NCBI GenBank assembly: GCA_963708295.1
Contig: CAVPSJ010000001.1
Span: 66,747-130,746 of the forward strand
Direction: 5' to 3'
DNA: 64,000 nucleotides
Source: an uncultured delta proteobacterium
GTDB taxonomy: Bacteria; Desulfobacterota; BSN033; UBA1163
Part shown: positions 10,675-21,854 of the stretch, piece after piece
Layout: every line of letters starts with the position of its first letter
How positions within the stretch are numbered: position 1 is the first letter of the stretch
Translations under genes and position numbers: made by a program
The notes under the pieces: model-generated
What the model was told of the DNA's origin: nothing
The model's input: the letters and a program-made list of their open reading frames with translations, nothing else
The model's database searches: none

Positions 10675-12270
10675 CTAATTTTCTTCTTTAAGGAGTTTGT
10701 AGTCAATCGAGTCTACCAAGGCTTGCCAGCTTGCCTGGATAATGTTTTCAGAGACTCCGACCGTTCCCCACTTCGATTGTCCATCCCCCGATTCGATGAG
10801 AACCCTTGTGAGAGCTTCGGTTCCGTCCTTGGTGGAAAGGATTCGGACTTTGTAGTCGAGCAGTTTAACCTGTTTCAATTCAGGATAAAACTTTTCCAGG
10901 GCCTTTCGTATCGCATGATCGAGTGCGCTGACCGGACCATTTCCCACGGCGGCGGTATGTTCCACCCGATCTCCCACACGAACCATAATGGTTGCCTCTG
11001 ACAGAGGAATTTCTTCCTCCGTCTTCTTCTCTACAATGACACGAAAGCCCATCAACTCAAAGAACCTCTTGTGTTGTCCGAGAGCTTTTTTAATGAGGAT
11101 CTCAAAGGACCCTTCCGCTCCCTCAAATTGAAACCCTTGATTTTCCAAGCGTTTTAAATCGTCGAGGATTTGTTTCACTCTTGGATCTTTGCTTTCGAGG
11201 TCGATCTTAAAATCAGCGGCTTTATGGAGGATGTTTGACTCGCCGGAAAGATCCGAGATGAGAACCCTTTGATGATTTCCGACCCTCTCCGGAACAACGT
11301 GTTGATAGGTCGCATCACTCTTCCTGATCGCGCTGACATGGACCCCGCCCTTGTGCGCAAACGCGCTATCACCCACATAGGGAAGATACTTGTTATGGGG
11401 AAGGTTGGCCAATTCTGATACGAAACGGGAGACCTCGGTGATCTTTTTCAAATGATCGTCTGAAATGCAATCGATTCCCATTTTTAACTTAAGATTGGGG
11501 ATGATGGAACATAGATTGGCGTTTCCACACCGTTCTCCGTACCCATTCATTGTTCCGTGGACCATGGAAACGCCCTCTCTGACGGCCAGAATGGTATTGG
11601 CGACCGCCATGTCGGAATCGTTATGAGCATGAATACCCAGGGGAGAAGCGATTTCATTCTTTACCTTTTTTACGATGGATTGGACCTCATCGGGAAAAGT
11701 TCCTCCGTTGGTGTCGCATAAAACGATCCAGTCCGCCTTGGCTTCTTGGGCCGCCTTCAGTGTGGAGAGCGCGTACTGGGGATTGTTCTTGTAACCGTCG
11801 AAAAAGTGTTCCGCGTCAAAAACGACTTCAGCGATACGATCCTTGAGGAATCGAATCGAATTTTGGATGATATCGAGATTTTGGTCGAGGGTAATATTTA
11901 AGGCCTCGATCGGATGTCTGTCCCAGGACTTTCCGAAAATGGTGACCACTTCCGTTCCGGCCTCGATTAACGCCCGGAGGTTCGGATCTTTTTGGGGGGG
12001 AATCCCCGCCCGGGAGGTGCTCCCGAAAGCAGCCATCTTTGCGTGAGAGAGGCGGGCGGATTTGATCTCGTGGAAAAACTGGAGATCCTTTGGGTTGGAA
12101 CCGGGCCATCCCCCTTCAATATAGTGAATCCCGAAGTCGTCGAGCTTTTGCGCAATCCGGACTTTATCCTCGAGAGAAAAAGAAATGTCTTCCGCCTGCG
12201 AACCGTCGCGGAGTGTGGTATCGTAAATTTTGATTGGATCTAATGAACCCAATGTGATCACCCCATCCAT
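10675..12270 (-). CDS. cimA: Citramalate synthase (LeuA/CimA family)
   Basis: [36 protein letters not shown]. Confidence 0.88.
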   Translation of the reverse strand: MDGVITLGSLDPIKIYDTTLRDGSQAEDISFSLEDKVRIAQKLDDFGIHYIEGGWPGSNPKDLQFFHEIKSARLSHAKMAAFGSTSRAGIPPQKDPNLRALIEAGTEVVTIFGKSWDRHPIEALNITLDQNLDIIQNSIRFLKDRIAEVVFDAEHFFDGYKNNPQYALSTLKAAQEAKADWIVLCDTNGGTFPDEVQSIVKKVKNEIASPLGIHAHNDSDMAVANTILAVREGVSMVHGTMNGYGERCGNANLCSIIPNLKLKMGIDCISDDHLKKITEVSRFVSELANLPHNKYLPYVGDSAFAHKGGVHVSAIRKSDATYQHVVPERVGNHQRVLISDLSGESNILHKAADFKIDLESKDPRVKQILDDLKRLENQGFQFEGAEGSFEILIKKALGQHKRFFELMGFRVIVEKKTEEEIPLSEATIMVRVGDRVEHTAAVGNGPVSALDHAIRKALEKFYPELKQVKLLDYKVRILSTKDGTEALTRVLIESGDGQSKWGTVGVSENIIQASWQALVDSIDYKLLKEEN

Positions 12271-12286
12271 TATCCCTTGCCGTTGA

Positions 12287-13525
12287 TTATTTCTCTTCTG
12301 CAACGGTTGGCTTATCCAGTTCAAAGGCGTCATGAAGGGCTCGGACCGCCAATTCGGTATATTTGGAATCGATGACGCAGGAGATTTTGATTTCCGAAGT
12401 GGAAATCATGTGGATATTGATCCCTTCCTTTGCCAGTGCAGAAAACATCTGAGTGGCTACACTGGAGTGACTTCTCATCCCCACTCCCACGATGGAGATT
12501 TTTGCAATGTCTTCGTTGAATTTGACTTCTTTCCCGTCGAACTCTTTATTCGCTTCTTTGACAATCTGGAGGGTTTTTGCAAAATCCGATTTGGGGACGG
12601 TGAAGGCTACATCCGCGCAGCCTTTCTCCGTACTGGAAGTCTGTATGATCATGTCGACAATGATATTGGCATCCGCAATCGGTTTAAACAACTTGGCGGC
12701 CACTCCTGGGATATCCGGGAGACGCATGACCTCGATCTTTGCTTCATTCTTATTGTAGGTGACACCGGAAACGACTACCTTTTCCATCTCTTTGTCCTCC
12801 TTGCAGACGATCGTCCCAGGGTTGTCATTGAAGGATGATCTGACGTGGATAGGGACATCATATTTTTTGGCAAACTCTACGGAACGGATCTGCAGCACCT
12901 TCGCCCCGAGGCTGGCCATTTCAAGCATCTCATCATAAGATATTCTCGACAACTTTCTTGCCCTAGGATAGACATTGGGATCCGTCGTGTAGACCCCGTC
13001 GACATCGGTATAAATCTCACACACATCCGCTGCCAGCGCTGCAGCGACAGCCACAGCAGATGTGTCCGATCCTCCCCGGCCAAGAGTGGTGATATTGCCC
13101 GAATCATCCACACCCTGGAAACCTGCCACCACCACCACCCGGCCCTCTTCTAAATCATGACGCATCTTGTCCGAATCAATGCTTGAAATCCTGGCTTTGC
13201 CAAAAACGCTGTCTGTGGCTATCTTGATTTGAAAACCCAGATACGATTTCGAATCGCAGTCCATGGACTTGAGCGCCATGGCCAGGAGAGCAATGGAGAC
13301 CTGCTCTCCGGTGGATACGAGAACATCGAGTTCCCTTTCGTCAGGAGTCGGGGTAATCTGCTGAGCCAAACGGATGAGTTTGTCCGTCTCTCCGGCCATC
13401 GCAGAGACGACGACCACGAGTTGATGGCCTTGTTTTTTGGCGTGGAGGACCCTCCTGGCCACATTTTTGATCCGCTCAACGTCTCCTACGGAAGTACCGC
13501 CATACTTTTGAACCACCAGTGCCAT
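12287..13525 (-). CDS. lysC: Aspartate kinase
   Basis: [18 protein letters not shown]-terminal ACT domains. Confidence 0.95.
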   Translation of the reverse strand: MALVVQKYGGTSVGDVERIKNVARRVLHAKKQGHQLVVVVSAMAGETDKLIRLAQQITPTPDERELDVLVSTGEQVSIALLAMALKSMDCDSKSYLGFQIKIATDSVFGKARISSIDSDKMRHDLEEGRVVVVAGFQGVDDSGNITTLGRGGSDTSAVAVAAALAADVCEIYTDVDGVYTTDPNVYPRARKLSRISYDEMLEMASLGAKVLQIRSVEFAKKYDVPIHVRSSFNDNPGTIVCKEDKEMEKVVVSGVTYNKNEAKIEVMRLPDIPGVAAKLFKPIADANIIVDMIIQTSSTEKGCADVAFTVPKSDFAKTLQIVKEANKEFDGKEVKFNEDIAKISIVGVGMRSHSSVATQMFSALAKEGINIHMISTSEIKISCVIDSKYTELAVRALHDAFELDKPTVAEEK

Positions 13526-13551
13526 CTGTTTCCCTCCCCCTCCTCAGGGTA

Positions 13552-13635
13552 GATTGTGGATTACGGATTGCGGAATAAAAAAATTGAGATCAAGGGACTC
13601 CGCATTCCGGATGCTGGATTCCCCATTCGGAAATC
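13552..13635. repeat. Imperfect heptamer-repeat palindrome (GATTGCG / ATTCCGC family)
   Basis: GATTGTG GATTACG GATTGCG GAAT ... ACTCCGC ATTCCGG ATGCTGG ATTCCCC ATTCGGA; overlaps tsaE 3' end. Confidence 0.6.
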
Positions 13636-14093
13636 TCTTTGACCAAGTCTTCAAAACGTTTTCCCTTTCCGGCAATTTCCAGGGATCGGATGTTCTTATC
13701 GAAATAGGCAATGGAGATGAAGAGGTATTCCTCGGGAAGGAAAGAGGGAATTTTATCGGCCCACTCGATTGCCGTGATCCCTCTCCCTTGGAAATATTCC
13801 TCCAAGCCTAATTCTCCAGCCTCCTGCTCCCTTCCCAGGCGATAAAGATCAATATGGTAAAAGGGAATTGTCCCGGGGTATTCATGAATCAACGTGAAGG
13901 AAGGGCTTGAGATATAAGCTGAGTTTTCAATTCCGACTCCTGCAGCGAGTCCCTTGATAAGTTGGGTTTTTCCTGCCCCCAATTCACCTACCAAGGCGAC
14001 GACGTCCCCGGGCAGAAGCCGCCTTCCAATGTCCTTCCCGACTCGAATCGTCTCAAATGTGCTTTTGGTTTGAAGGACCGCCTTTTTCACCAT
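13590..14093 (-). CDS. tsaE: tRNA threonylcarbamoyladenosine biosynthesis ATPase
   Basis: GELGAGKT, SSPSFTLIHEY, HIDLYRL, IEWAD. Confidence 0.93.
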   Translation of the reverse strand: MVKKAVLQTKSTFETIRVGKDIGRRLLPGDVVALVGELGAGKTQLIKGLAAGVGIENSAYISSPSFTLIHEYPGTIPFYHIDLYRLGREQEAGELGLEEYFQGRGITAIEWADKIPSFLPEEYLFISIAYFDKNIRSLEIAGKGKRFEDLVKEISEWGIQHPECGVP

Positions 14094-14094
14094 T

Positions 14095-14226
14095 CAAATC
14101 CCGGATCACAAATTCCAAATCTCAAACCAATCTCAATTCCCAAACCCAAATGACCGAAACGATTCGGTTTGAGGTTTGAAATGTGGCTTATTGAAAATTA
14201 TTTGTAATTTAGTGCCTGGAACTTGG
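14095..14226. repeat. Imperfect heptamer-repeat palindrome (AAATTCC/AAATCCC family)
   Basis: Left arm AAATTCC AAATCTC...AAATGACCGAAAC closely resembles 44713-44786; right arm roughly complementary. Confidence 0.65.
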
Positions 14227-14247
14227 TCTTCCCGTAGGATGAGAAGG

Positions 14248-14721
14248 TTACGCCTTAAATTTGAAGTCATCGGGATTCAGACTTTCCAGCCAATCTTTTA
14301 GCTGATCGCCTTCTTTCTCCATATCGATGGTGCGCGCTTTCTCGATGACTTGCTCGGACACAAAAATTGGGGCGTCTGAAGCCAGGGCGATGGCCATTGC
14401 GTCGCTGGGACGAGAATCGATGACAATTTCTTCTCCCCCTCGATTAAGGTAGATCAAGGCATAGTAAGTGTTTTCCTTCAGGTCGTTCACGACGATTTTC
14501 ACCACGTGGGATTGGAGCGACTCTAGAAGGTTATGGATTAAATCATGACTCGCCGGTCGATGGGAACTCACCTTCTTCAGTTTCATCGCGATGGCATTGG
14601 CCTCGAAGGGGCCGATCCAAATCGGAAGCCCTGTTTTGTTCGACAAATCCATGAGGAGAACGACAAATCCGTTTGAGGTGGAATCAAACGTCAAAAACTT
14701 AACTTTCATCTCAACGTACAT
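14248..14721 (-). CDS. Bifunctional nuclease family protein (DUF151)
   Basis: LPIWIGPFEANAI, RPASHDL, DSRPSDAMAIAL; RBS AGGAG before ATG 14721. Confidence 0.88.
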   Translation of the reverse strand: MYVEMKVKFLTFDSTSNGFVVLLMDLSNKTGLPIWIGPFEANAIAMKLKKVSSHRPASHDLIHNLLESLQSHVVKIVVNDLKENTYYALIYLNRGGEEIVIDSRPSDAMAIALASDAPIFVSEQVIEKARTIDMEKEGDQLKDWLESLNPDDFKFKA

Positions 14722-14887
14722 CCTGTCTCTCCTTTCAACCCCCTCGCAGTTGAGCTGTCTCCTAAGAGAGCCCATGCGTCATCGTGTTCTCTGGGCGTCT
14801 CCTTTTTAGCCCACTCTTCCGCGGGCACACCCTCTTTCCCTTCGCTTCGAAGATTGACGAAAGGCCGTCCGGGGTGAGTCAGAACTT

Positions 14888-14916
14888 ATCTTAAATGAAG
14901 AAGAGGGCAAAATCAA
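14888..14916 (-). promoter_or_regulatory. Putative sigma70 promoter for the DUF151 gene
   Basis: TTGATT-N17-TAAGAT on minus strand. Confidence 0.45.
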
Positions 14917-16463
14917 ATGTTTCCCTTGAGCAGGGGGGGGATTTTTTCAATGATATCCGTAGCAATGAGAGACTTCTCGCCTTTCTCTCGCGCCCCGTCG
15001 TCACCGGCCATTCCATGAAGGTAGACAGCCACTTGAAGGGAAGAGAGGATATCGAACCCCTGGCACACCAACCCACCGATCATTCCGGTGAGCACGTCCC
15101 CCGTGCCCCCGGAGGCCATTCCTGGGTTCCCCGTCGGGTTAATAAAGACCTCTCCTTTGGGGGTACTGATAAGAGTGGGGTGTCCCTTCAGAACGAGGTG
15201 AACATGCTGGGACTGGGAGAAATTTCTGCTGATTCTCATTCGATCCTCCAGGACTTGTTTGACCTGTGAACGAATCAGTCTTGCCATCTCTCCCGGATGG
15301 GGGGTCAGGATGAGGGAACGATTCGCGAAGGGAGGGACCTTAGGAAGCGTTGCCAAAGCGGTCAGTCCGTCGGCGTCCAAGATGATCGGGAGATTCAATG
15401 TCTTGATCAATTTGAGGACGAGGGATTGAGTTTCTTTAAAGGTTCCAAGGCCGGGACCAATGATGACGGCCCTTTTGTTCTCGCAGAGACGAACGATAGC
15501 GCTGAAAGCCCGAAGGCTAAGCGTTTGTTTGGGTGTCTCCGGAAGGGGTTCCGTCATCACCTCGGTCAATTTCACCTCCATGATGCCGTTCAGGCTCTTC
15601 GGGATGGCCAGGGTGACCAGGCCCGCTCCCATTCTTAGAGCGGCCTCGCACGCCATCGCTGCTGCCCCCGTTTTGCCAACCGACCCCGCGATGACCAGCA
15701 GGTGTCCGTAATCTCCTTTGTGGGTATTTGGGTTCCGGGGGATCGACAGCCATCCCTTGATCTCATCCTTTTCAAGAAGATAGGTCGGAATGTTTTCCTC
15801 ATCCACCAATCTCTTGGGGAGTCCGATATCGACGACTTTTACGTCTCCCACATAATCGATCCCCGGGGGAATCAGGTGTCCAACCTTGGGCAAGCCGAAG
15901 GTGATGGTGAGGGAGGCCCGGATCGCAGTGCCGAGAGGCTTTCCTGTATCGGCATCTAATCCGGAAGGAATGTCAATCGCGACGATGGGCCTCTGAACCG
16001 TGTTGAGATGATCGATCACTTCTCTGTAATAACCTCTGACCTCGGCATCGAGCCCGGTTCCAAAAATTCCGTCAACCAAGATGTCAAACTTTTCCAAATC
16101 TCTTCTTACTTTGACGTAATCTTTGGAAGACGGGACGGGAATGATTTCTCCTTTCATCCGCTGGAAGATGCTATAATTCGTTTCTGCATCCCCACGGAGG
16201 CCCTTCGGATCGGTGAGGAGGTAGACCTTCACGGAAGCCCCTTGGTTCAAGAGATATCGAGCGATCACAAACCCGTCTCCCCCGTTGTTTCCTTTTCCAG
16301 CAATGATCGCTATTTTTTTCCTGTGAATGTCAGGGAAGGTATGGGAGATCACTTCTGCCGCTCCCTTTCCTGCGTTTTCCATAAGAATCATTCCGGGGAT
16401 CCGATAGGTCTCGATGGCCTTTCGATCCAACTCTTGCATCTCTTTAGCATTGGCTACTTTCAT
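14913..16463 (-). CDS. nnr: NAD(P)H-hydrate epimerase/dehydratase (YjeF)
   Basis: GKGNNGGDG, DIPSG, HKGDYG, LTPHPGEM, GGTGDVL. Confidence 0.93.
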   Translation of the reverse strand: MKVANAKEMQELDRKAIETYRIPGMILMENAGKGAAEVISHTFPDIHRKKIAIIAGKGNNGGDGFVIARYLLNQGASVKVYLLTDPKGLRGDAETNYSIFQRMKGEIIPVPSSKDYVKVRRDLEKFDILVDGIFGTGLDAEVRGYYREVIDHLNTVQRPIVAIDIPSGLDADTGKPLGTAIRASLTITFGLPKVGHLIPPGIDYVGDVKVVDIGLPKRLVDEENIPTYLLEKDEIKGWLSIPRNPNTHKGDYGHLLVIAGSVGKTGAAAMACEAALRMGAGLVTLAIPKSLNGIMEVKLTEVMTEPLPETPKQTLSLRAFSAIVRLCENKRAVIIGPGLGTFKETQSLVLKLIKTLNLPIILDADGLTALATLPKVPPFANRSLILTPHPGEMARLIRSQVKQVLEDRMRISRNFSQSQHVHLVLKGHPTLISTPKGEVFINPTGNPGMASGGTGDVLTGMIGGLVCQGFDILSSLQVAVYLHGMAGDDGAREKGEKSLIATDIIEKIPPLLKGNI

Positions 16464-16845
16464 CTTTTCTTTCCTCTAATAACACGTGGGCCACGGCGTA
16501 GGGTCGGTCGTGGGAAAGGGTGAGAAAGACATTCTGAATTCCGAGGGTCTCGCAAGCCTCCTTTGCCTTTCGATGGAAGGAAAAAAGGGGTTTCCCCAGG
16601 ACATCGTTTTTCACTTCGATATCTGTCCATTGAATACCGTTTCGAAGTCCCCAGCCAATGGCCTTGAGGAAAGCCTCTTTTGCCGCGAAGCGTGTGGCAA
16701 AACACTCCGGAGGTCGAGCTTTCTGCTGGCACCAGACGATCTCTGCCTCTGTAAAGACCCGACTCAAGAAGACGCCTCCCCAGCGGGTCATCAGACGCTC
16801 GATCCGGTCAATATTCACGATATCTATACCCGTCCCGACAATCAT
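16444..16845 (-). CDS. acpS: Holo-[acyl-carrier-protein] synthase
   Basis: GTGIDIV, RFAAKEAFLKAIG, TLSHD. Confidence 0.93.
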   Translation of the reverse strand: MIVGTGIDIVNIDRIERLMTRWGGVFLSRVFTEAEIVWCQQKARPPECFATRFAAKEAFLKAIGWGLRNGIQWTDIEVKNDVLGKPLFSFHRKAKEACETLGIQNVFLTLSHDRPYAVAHVLLEERKDESSQC

Positions 16846-16851
16846 AGCAGA

Positions 16852-16953
16852 AGTTCGGAGTAATAAGTTCAGAGTTCGGAGAACGAAGTCTATAAATTGC
16901 CATGGGTTTCGGAGTTTTCTGGTTTTTGGCTCCGAACTCTGAACTCCGAACTC
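16852..16953. repeat. Heptamer-repeat palindrome (AGTTCGG / CCGAACT)
   Basis: AGTTCGG AGTAATA AGTTCAG AGTTCGG ... CTCCGAA CTCTGAA CTCCGAA CT between pdxJ and acpS. Confidence 0.75.
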
Positions 16954-16960
16954 ACCCCTT

Positions 16961-17674
16961 TTATTTAATCTGTTCAATCATTTCCCGGACCGCTTGATCC
17001 AAACCCACCAAAACCGCCCGGGCGATAATGCTGTGACCGATGTTGAGTTCTTCGATTTCCTTTATTTCTGCGATGCGCCGGACATTCACGTAATTCAGAC
17101 CATGTCCTGCTGCGATCTGAAGGTTTCGGCGAGAGGCCTCGGCGACTGCATCGAAAATTCTCTTTAATTCCTCATCTTCCTGCGAAGGAGTCTTCGCATC
17201 GCAGTAGTGACCCGTGTGGATTTCGACGACATTGGCGCCCACATCCTCGGAGGCTTTGATTTGATCTTTTCGGGGATCTACAAAGAGACTGACCGGGATT
17301 CCTTCCCTGTGGAGCCTCTGAATGGCCTTTTTGAGAGAGGGGAAGAATTTGATCACATCGAGGCCGCCTTCTGTCGTCAATTCTTCCCGTTTTTCCGGAA
17401 CGAGCGTGACGATATTTGGCCGGGTGGCCAGAGCCATGCGGACCATCTCCTCTGTGGCTGCCATCTCGAGATTTAATCGAGTCTGAACCACTTCCCGAAG
17501 TATTCGGAGATCTCGATCCTGAATGTGACGTCGGTCCTCTCTCAGATGGCAGACGATGCCGTCCGCCCCGGCCAATTCCACTAATCCCGCTGCCGTAACA
17601 GGGTCCGGATACTTAACCCCCCGGGCTTGTCTGACGGTAGCGACATGATCAATGTTGACGCCCAATCTCGGCAT
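16961..17674 (-). CDS. pdxJ: Pyridoxine 5'-phosphate synthase
   Basis: [37 protein letters not shown]. Confidence 0.95.
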   Translation of the reverse strand: MPRLGVNIDHVATVRQARGVKYPDPVTAAGLVELAGADGIVCHLREDRRHIQDRDLRILREVVQTRLNLEMAATEEMVRMALATRPNIVTLVPEKREELTTEGGLDVIKFFPSLKKAIQRLHREGIPVSLFVDPRKDQIKASEDVGANVVEIHTGHYCDAKTPSQEDEELKRIFDAVAEASRRNLQIAAGHGLNYVNVRRIAEIKEIEELNIGHSIIARAVLVGLDQAVREMIEQIK

Positions 17675-17690
17675 AAGCAATCTCCGATTT

Positions 17691-17840
17691 ACCCCGTTAG
17701 AAAGCCCCACTGCTTGCCCTGTACACCATGCGGTGCAGGGCTTACAGCGAGGATGAAAACTATTCGTTTTTCAGCGAACACGGGGTTTAATGTCCTGCGT
17801 GAACCTTCCCGCTAGAAAGGAGAACACTTTCTAACGGGGT
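17691..17840. repeat. ~150-bp element bounded by 14-bp inverted repeats (MITE/REP-like)
   Basis: ACCCCGTTAGAAAG (17691-17704) / CTTTCTAACGGGGT (17827-17840); related copy at 58771-58874. Confidence 0.75.
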
Positions 17841-17917
17841 TTACGATAACGACGAACGTTTAACGATTACCTGCTCCGCCTTCCTCTTCGACCGCTGTTC
17901 GGAGGAGAGGTGAGCGT

Positions 17918-19120
17918 TTAGTTTCCGGACAGACGAACCGCATCGGCCACGGCCAGGGCCTTTTTGGCGTGGGGTACGTCGTGACAACGGATGATATGGG
18001 CTCCGTTCAGAACGCCGATCACAATCGTTGAGAGCGTTCCTTCCAGCCGGTTTTCGACACCGGCATTCAGAATCTTTCCGATGAAACTCTTGCGTGAGGT
18101 CCCCAAGAGGAGAGGTTTTCCCAGGATCCGGAATTCGGATAGATGCTTTAGAATAAGGAGGTTATCTTCAACTGTTTTTCCAAAGCCGATTCCAGGGTCA
18201 ATGATGATTTGCCCGGGGTCTACCCCGGCAGATTCAGCCATACGGATGGAATCCTTCAAGTACCGGATGATCTCCGGAAAAAGGGAGCGGTAATGGACAT
18301 CCTCCTGCATTGTTTCAGGGGTCCCCCGAGTATGCATGAGGACGAGAGGAGTATTCTCTCGAGCAGCGATTTGCGCAAGGCTTGGATCAAAATGTAATCC
18401 GCTGATGTCATTGATGATCTGGGCACCTGTTTCGATGGCTTTCTGCGCTACGACTGCTTTGTAGGTATCAATCGAAATGGGGACGTCCACTTCTTTTGAA
18501 AGAGATTCAATCACAGGAATCACCCGGCGAAGTTCCTCTTCCGGTTCAAGGGGTTTTGAACCCGGTCGGGTCGACTCCCCCCCGATATCGATGATATCTG
18601 CTCCATCTGCAACCATCCCAAGGCCGTAAGAAACAGCCTTTTCCTTATCAAGGAAAAGGCCTCCGTCCGAAAAAGAGTCTGGAGTGACGTTGAGGATTCC
18701 CATCAGGAGGGTTCGTTTCCCCAAAATCAATTCCTTTTTCCGGCAGCGTACGGAGTAGTGGGTTTTTGAAATATTGTGGAGTGCTTCCTGTAAGGATTGA
18801 CCAAGACTTCCGAGGGTTGGGTATTGTCCTAATTTGAAAATGAGCTTCTCGAAATGTTTCTGAGTTCCCATGAGGAGGGCGTCTGTTTGTTTGATACTGC
18901 AATCCAGCCCCCTCCGGTCAAGAGCCACATCCCCGCCCAAGGAGAGCATTTCCTGTTTGAGGACATTGGCTGCCCTTGGATCGATGCCTTCCACCTTCAG
19001 GTTGAAATGGAGGGTTTTCCCCTCCATGAGCTTGACGCCCGTAGGGTCCCCTCCTACCTCTTTTATTTGATGGATGGCTTCATCGGCATTTGTAATGTGA
19101 AGGCATCGAATGAGGTTCAT
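17918..19120 (-). CDS. folP: Dihydropteroate synthase with N-terminal extension
   Basis: MGILNVTPDSFSDGG, GGESTRPG, DPGIGFGK, GTSRKS, IRCHDV. Confidence 0.93.
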   Translation of the reverse strand: MNLIRCLHITNADEAIHQIKEVGGDPTGVKLMEGKTLHFNLKVEGIDPRAANVLKQEMLSLGGDVALDRRGLDCSIKQTDALLMGTQKHFEKLIFKLGQYPTLGSLGQSLQEALHNISKTHYSVRCRKKELILGKRTLLMGILNVTPDSFSDGGLFLDKEKAVSYGLGMVADGADIIDIGGESTRPGSKPLEPEEELRRVIPVIESLSKEVDVPISIDTYKAVVAQKAIETGAQIINDISGLHFDPSLAQIAARENTPLVLMHTRGTPETMQEDVHYRSLFPEIIRYLKDSIRMAESAGVDPGQIIIDPGIGFGKTVEDNLLILKHLSEFRILGKPLLLGTSRKSFIGKILNAGVENRLEGTLSTIVIGVLNGAHIIRCHDVPHAKKALAVADAVRLSGN

Positions 19121-19125
19121 CTCGC

Positions 19126-20916
19126 CTAAACATTCCCGCCCTTGATAATGGTTTCGATCTGATTTCCGTCCAGGACCTCTTTTTCAAGAAGGGTATTTGC
19201 CAATTTATGGAGGATGGTTACGTTTGCGCTGATAATCTCTTTCGCCTTTTCGTAACTTTGGCTGACAATGGTCTTCACTTCATCATCGATCACTCGGGCT
19301 GTTTCTTCACTGTAATCTCGGTGCTGGGCAAATTCCCTTCCTAAGAAAATCTCTTCCTCTTTTTTACCAAACGACAGAGGACCGAGCTTTTCGCTCATCC
19401 CCCATTCGCAAACCATTTTTCTGGCGATCTCCGTAGAACGTTCGATATCATTTCCCGCACCGGTGGTTGGGCTGTTCAACACCAATTCCTCGGCTGCCCT
19501 TCCTCCCATCATGACCGAAATATTATTTAGCAAGTAGTCTTTCGGATACGTATGCTTTTCATCGATCGGGAGCTGCTGTGTGATTCCAAGAGCCCGACCC
19601 CGGGGAATGATGGTTACTTTATGAATGGGGTCTGTTCCAGGAATCATACGGGCCACCAGCGTGTGGCCCGCCTCGTGAAAGGCAGTAATCCTTCGCTCTT
19701 CCAGAGGAATGATCATCGATTTTCGCTCCACACCCATGAGGACTTTATCTTTGGCTTGTTCGAAGTCAGCCATTTCGACTCGTTCTTTTCCCAGCCGGGC
19801 AGCCAGTAAAGCCGCTTCGTTCACGAGATTTTCCAGGTCCGCTCCCGTAAATCCAGGCGTTCCTCTGGCCAAGAGCGCGAGCTTGACGTCTTCGGATAAC
19901 GGCGTCTTCTGGGAATGGACCTTTAGAATTTCCTCCCTTCCCTTTACATCGGGGACAGGCACGACCACTTGACGGTCAAAACGGCCTGGCCTGAGCAGAG
20001 CAGGATCCAATACATCCGGCCGGTTTGTCGCCGCAATCAGAATAACACCTTCGTTCGATTCAAACCCATCCATTTCAACCAGCAATTGGTTTAACGTTTG
20101 TTCTCGCTCATCGTGTCCGCCCCCCAGACCCGCCCCTCGGTGCCTCCCAACGGCGTCGATTTCATCGATGAAAACGATGCAGGGGGCATTCCGTTTTCCT
20201 TGAAGAAAGAGGTCACGCACCCTGGAGGCCCCGACCCCGACAAACATCTCCACAAAATCGGAACCACTGATACTGAAGAAAGGGACATCGGCTTCTCCGG
20301 CAATGGCACGAGCCAGAAGTGTCTTGCCCGTACCGGGGGCGCCGATGAGAAGAACGCCTTTGGGGATCCTCCCGCCTAACTTGGTAAATTTCTTGGGATC
20401 TCTGAGAAAAGAAATAATTTCCTCAAGCTCGCCTTTCGCTTCTTCGATTCCGGCGACATTCTCAAACGTGACCTGGTGGAGTTCTTTCGTCAAAATCTTA
20501 GCCTTGCTTTTCCCAAAGGAGAGAGCCTTTCCGCCCCCAATCTGCATTTGCCGCATGAAAAAGAGCCAAACACCCACCAGGAGGAGCATCGGAGCCCAGT
20601 TGACGATGATTTGCATAAGGGAAGTGTCGCTTTCTTTCTGCGCATTGATGACCACTCCTTTCTCCCTGAGGATTTTAATCATTTCGGGATCCTCGGGTGC
20701 GTAGGTTTTAAAGCGTCTTCCCTCCTTGTTTTTCCAATTCAAGTTTCTACCCAGGGTCTCAACTTCCTGAACCCGATTGCTCTCCACGGCAGACATAAAT
20801 TCGGAATAATTTTTTTCTGAAGCTGTTTGACGGGGTCCGCTGAAGAGATGAAAGAGAAGGACCATGATGATAATAATGACTGCCCAGAAAACCAAATTTT
20901 TGTAAAGGGAACTCAA
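19126..20916 (-). CDS. ftsH: ATP-dependent zinc metalloprotease FtsH
   Basis: Two TM helices, [19 protein letters not shown]. Confidence 0.97.
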   Translation of the reverse strand: MSSLYKNLVFWAVIIIIMVLLFHLFSGPRQTASEKNYSEFMSAVESNRVQEVETLGRNLNWKNKEGRRFKTYAPEDPEMIKILREKGVVINAQKESDTSLMQIIVNWAPMLLLVGVWLFFMRQMQIGGGKALSFGKSKAKILTKELHQVTFENVAGIEEAKGELEEIISFLRDPKKFTKLGGRIPKGVLLIGAPGTGKTLLARAIAGEADVPFFSISGSDFVEMFVGVGASRVRDLFLQGKRNAPCIVFIDEIDAVGRHRGAGLGGGHDEREQTLNQLLVEMDGFESNEGVILIAATNRPDVLDPALLRPGRFDRQVVVPVPDVKGREEILKVHSQKTPLSEDVKLALLARGTPGFTGADLENLVNEAALLAARLGKERVEMADFEQAKDKVLMGVERKSMIIPLEERRITAFHEAGHTLVARMIPGTDPIHKVTIIPRGRALGITQQLPIDEKHTYPKDYLLNNISVMMGGRAAEELVLNSPTTGAGNDIERSTEIARKMVCEWGMSEKLGPLSFGKKEEEIFLGREFAQHRDYSEETARVIDDEVKTIVSQSYEKAKEIISANVTILHKLANTLLEKEVLDGNQIETIIKGGNV

Positions 20917-21164
20917 GAATTTTCCTCCAACTTTAATAAAATCAACTTAGGGTAACACAATATTTCTTTTGTTTCAATCTCTTGTATTCCTTCAGGAGAG
21001 TAAGGAGTGAAAGAGGATGGGATTAGCCAGTTGCGCCTAACCTATTGAAATAATTTGAGAAAAATTAGAAAGAGGAGGGGGGGCTCTCTTTTTTCTTGAA
21101 AAAAAGGTAAAAAAACTTTAGGGTTATCAATACTTAGACTTCAAACCTGAAAAGGAAAATAGTC

Positions 21165-21854
21165 ATGTCAATCGAACTACTCAAGCGGTGTCCACTTTTT
21201 GCAGAGCTAAAAGAGGAAGACCTGAAGAGGATGAGAGCCGTTGCTTCGCTCAGGCGGGTTGGCAGAAAAGAGATCCTTTTTGGTGAAGGGGAAGAGGCAA
21301 AAGGATTTTACGTGGTTCTGTCGGGGAAGGTCAAACTCTATAAGATGTCACCGGAGGGCAAGGAACAAATTCTCCATATCGTTTCTGCACCGGACGCCTT
21401 TGCAGAAGCGGCTCTTTTTCTCGAAGGAAATTATCCGGCTTTTGCGGAAGCTTTAGCAGATAGCCAGCTGCTCTTCTTTCCAAAGCGAGATTTCATCCAA
21501 TTAATAGAGAGGAACCCTCAGCTTAGCATCAATATGATTGTCTCTCTTTCTCATTTCCTGAGACGATTTGCATCCCTGATCGAAGAACTTTCCCTTAAAG
21601 AGGTCTCCTCAAGGTTGGCAAAGTATCTTATCGATCTCTCTATAAAATCGTCGAAAGAAGGAAAGCATCCCAGAGAGGTGGATCTGGACTTGAGTAAATC
21701 TCAGCTGGCTTCGAAATTGGGGACAATCAGTGAAACCCTTTCAAGAACTTTGACAAAGATGAAAGCCAAAGGAGTCATTGATGTCAAGAAAAATAGAATC
21801 CTTATCCTCAATCGAGGGCTTTTGGAGGAGGTGGCCTCAGGAATGAAAATCTGA
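21165..21854 (+). CDS. Crp/Fnr-family transcriptional regulator (HcpR/Dnr-like, no Fe-S Cys cluster)
   Basis: cNMP-binding-like domain (LSGKVKLYK..EGKEQIL), HTH GTISETLSRTL. Confidence 0.88.
   Translation: MSIELLKRCPLFAELKEEDLKRMRAVASLRRVGRKEILFGEGEEAKGFYVVLSGKVKLYKMSPEGKEQILHIVSAPDAFAEAALFLEGNYPAFAEALADSQLLFFPKRDFIQLIERNPQLSINMIVSLSHFLRRFASLIEELSLKEVSSRLAKYLIDLSIKSSKEGKHPREVDLDLSKSQLASKLGTISETLSRTLTKMKAKGVIDVKKNRILILNRGLLEEVASGMKI

Noticed and set aside
17918-19120. N-terminal extension on FolP as a novelty
   Set aside because: Long-form FolP is common in this group of bacteria
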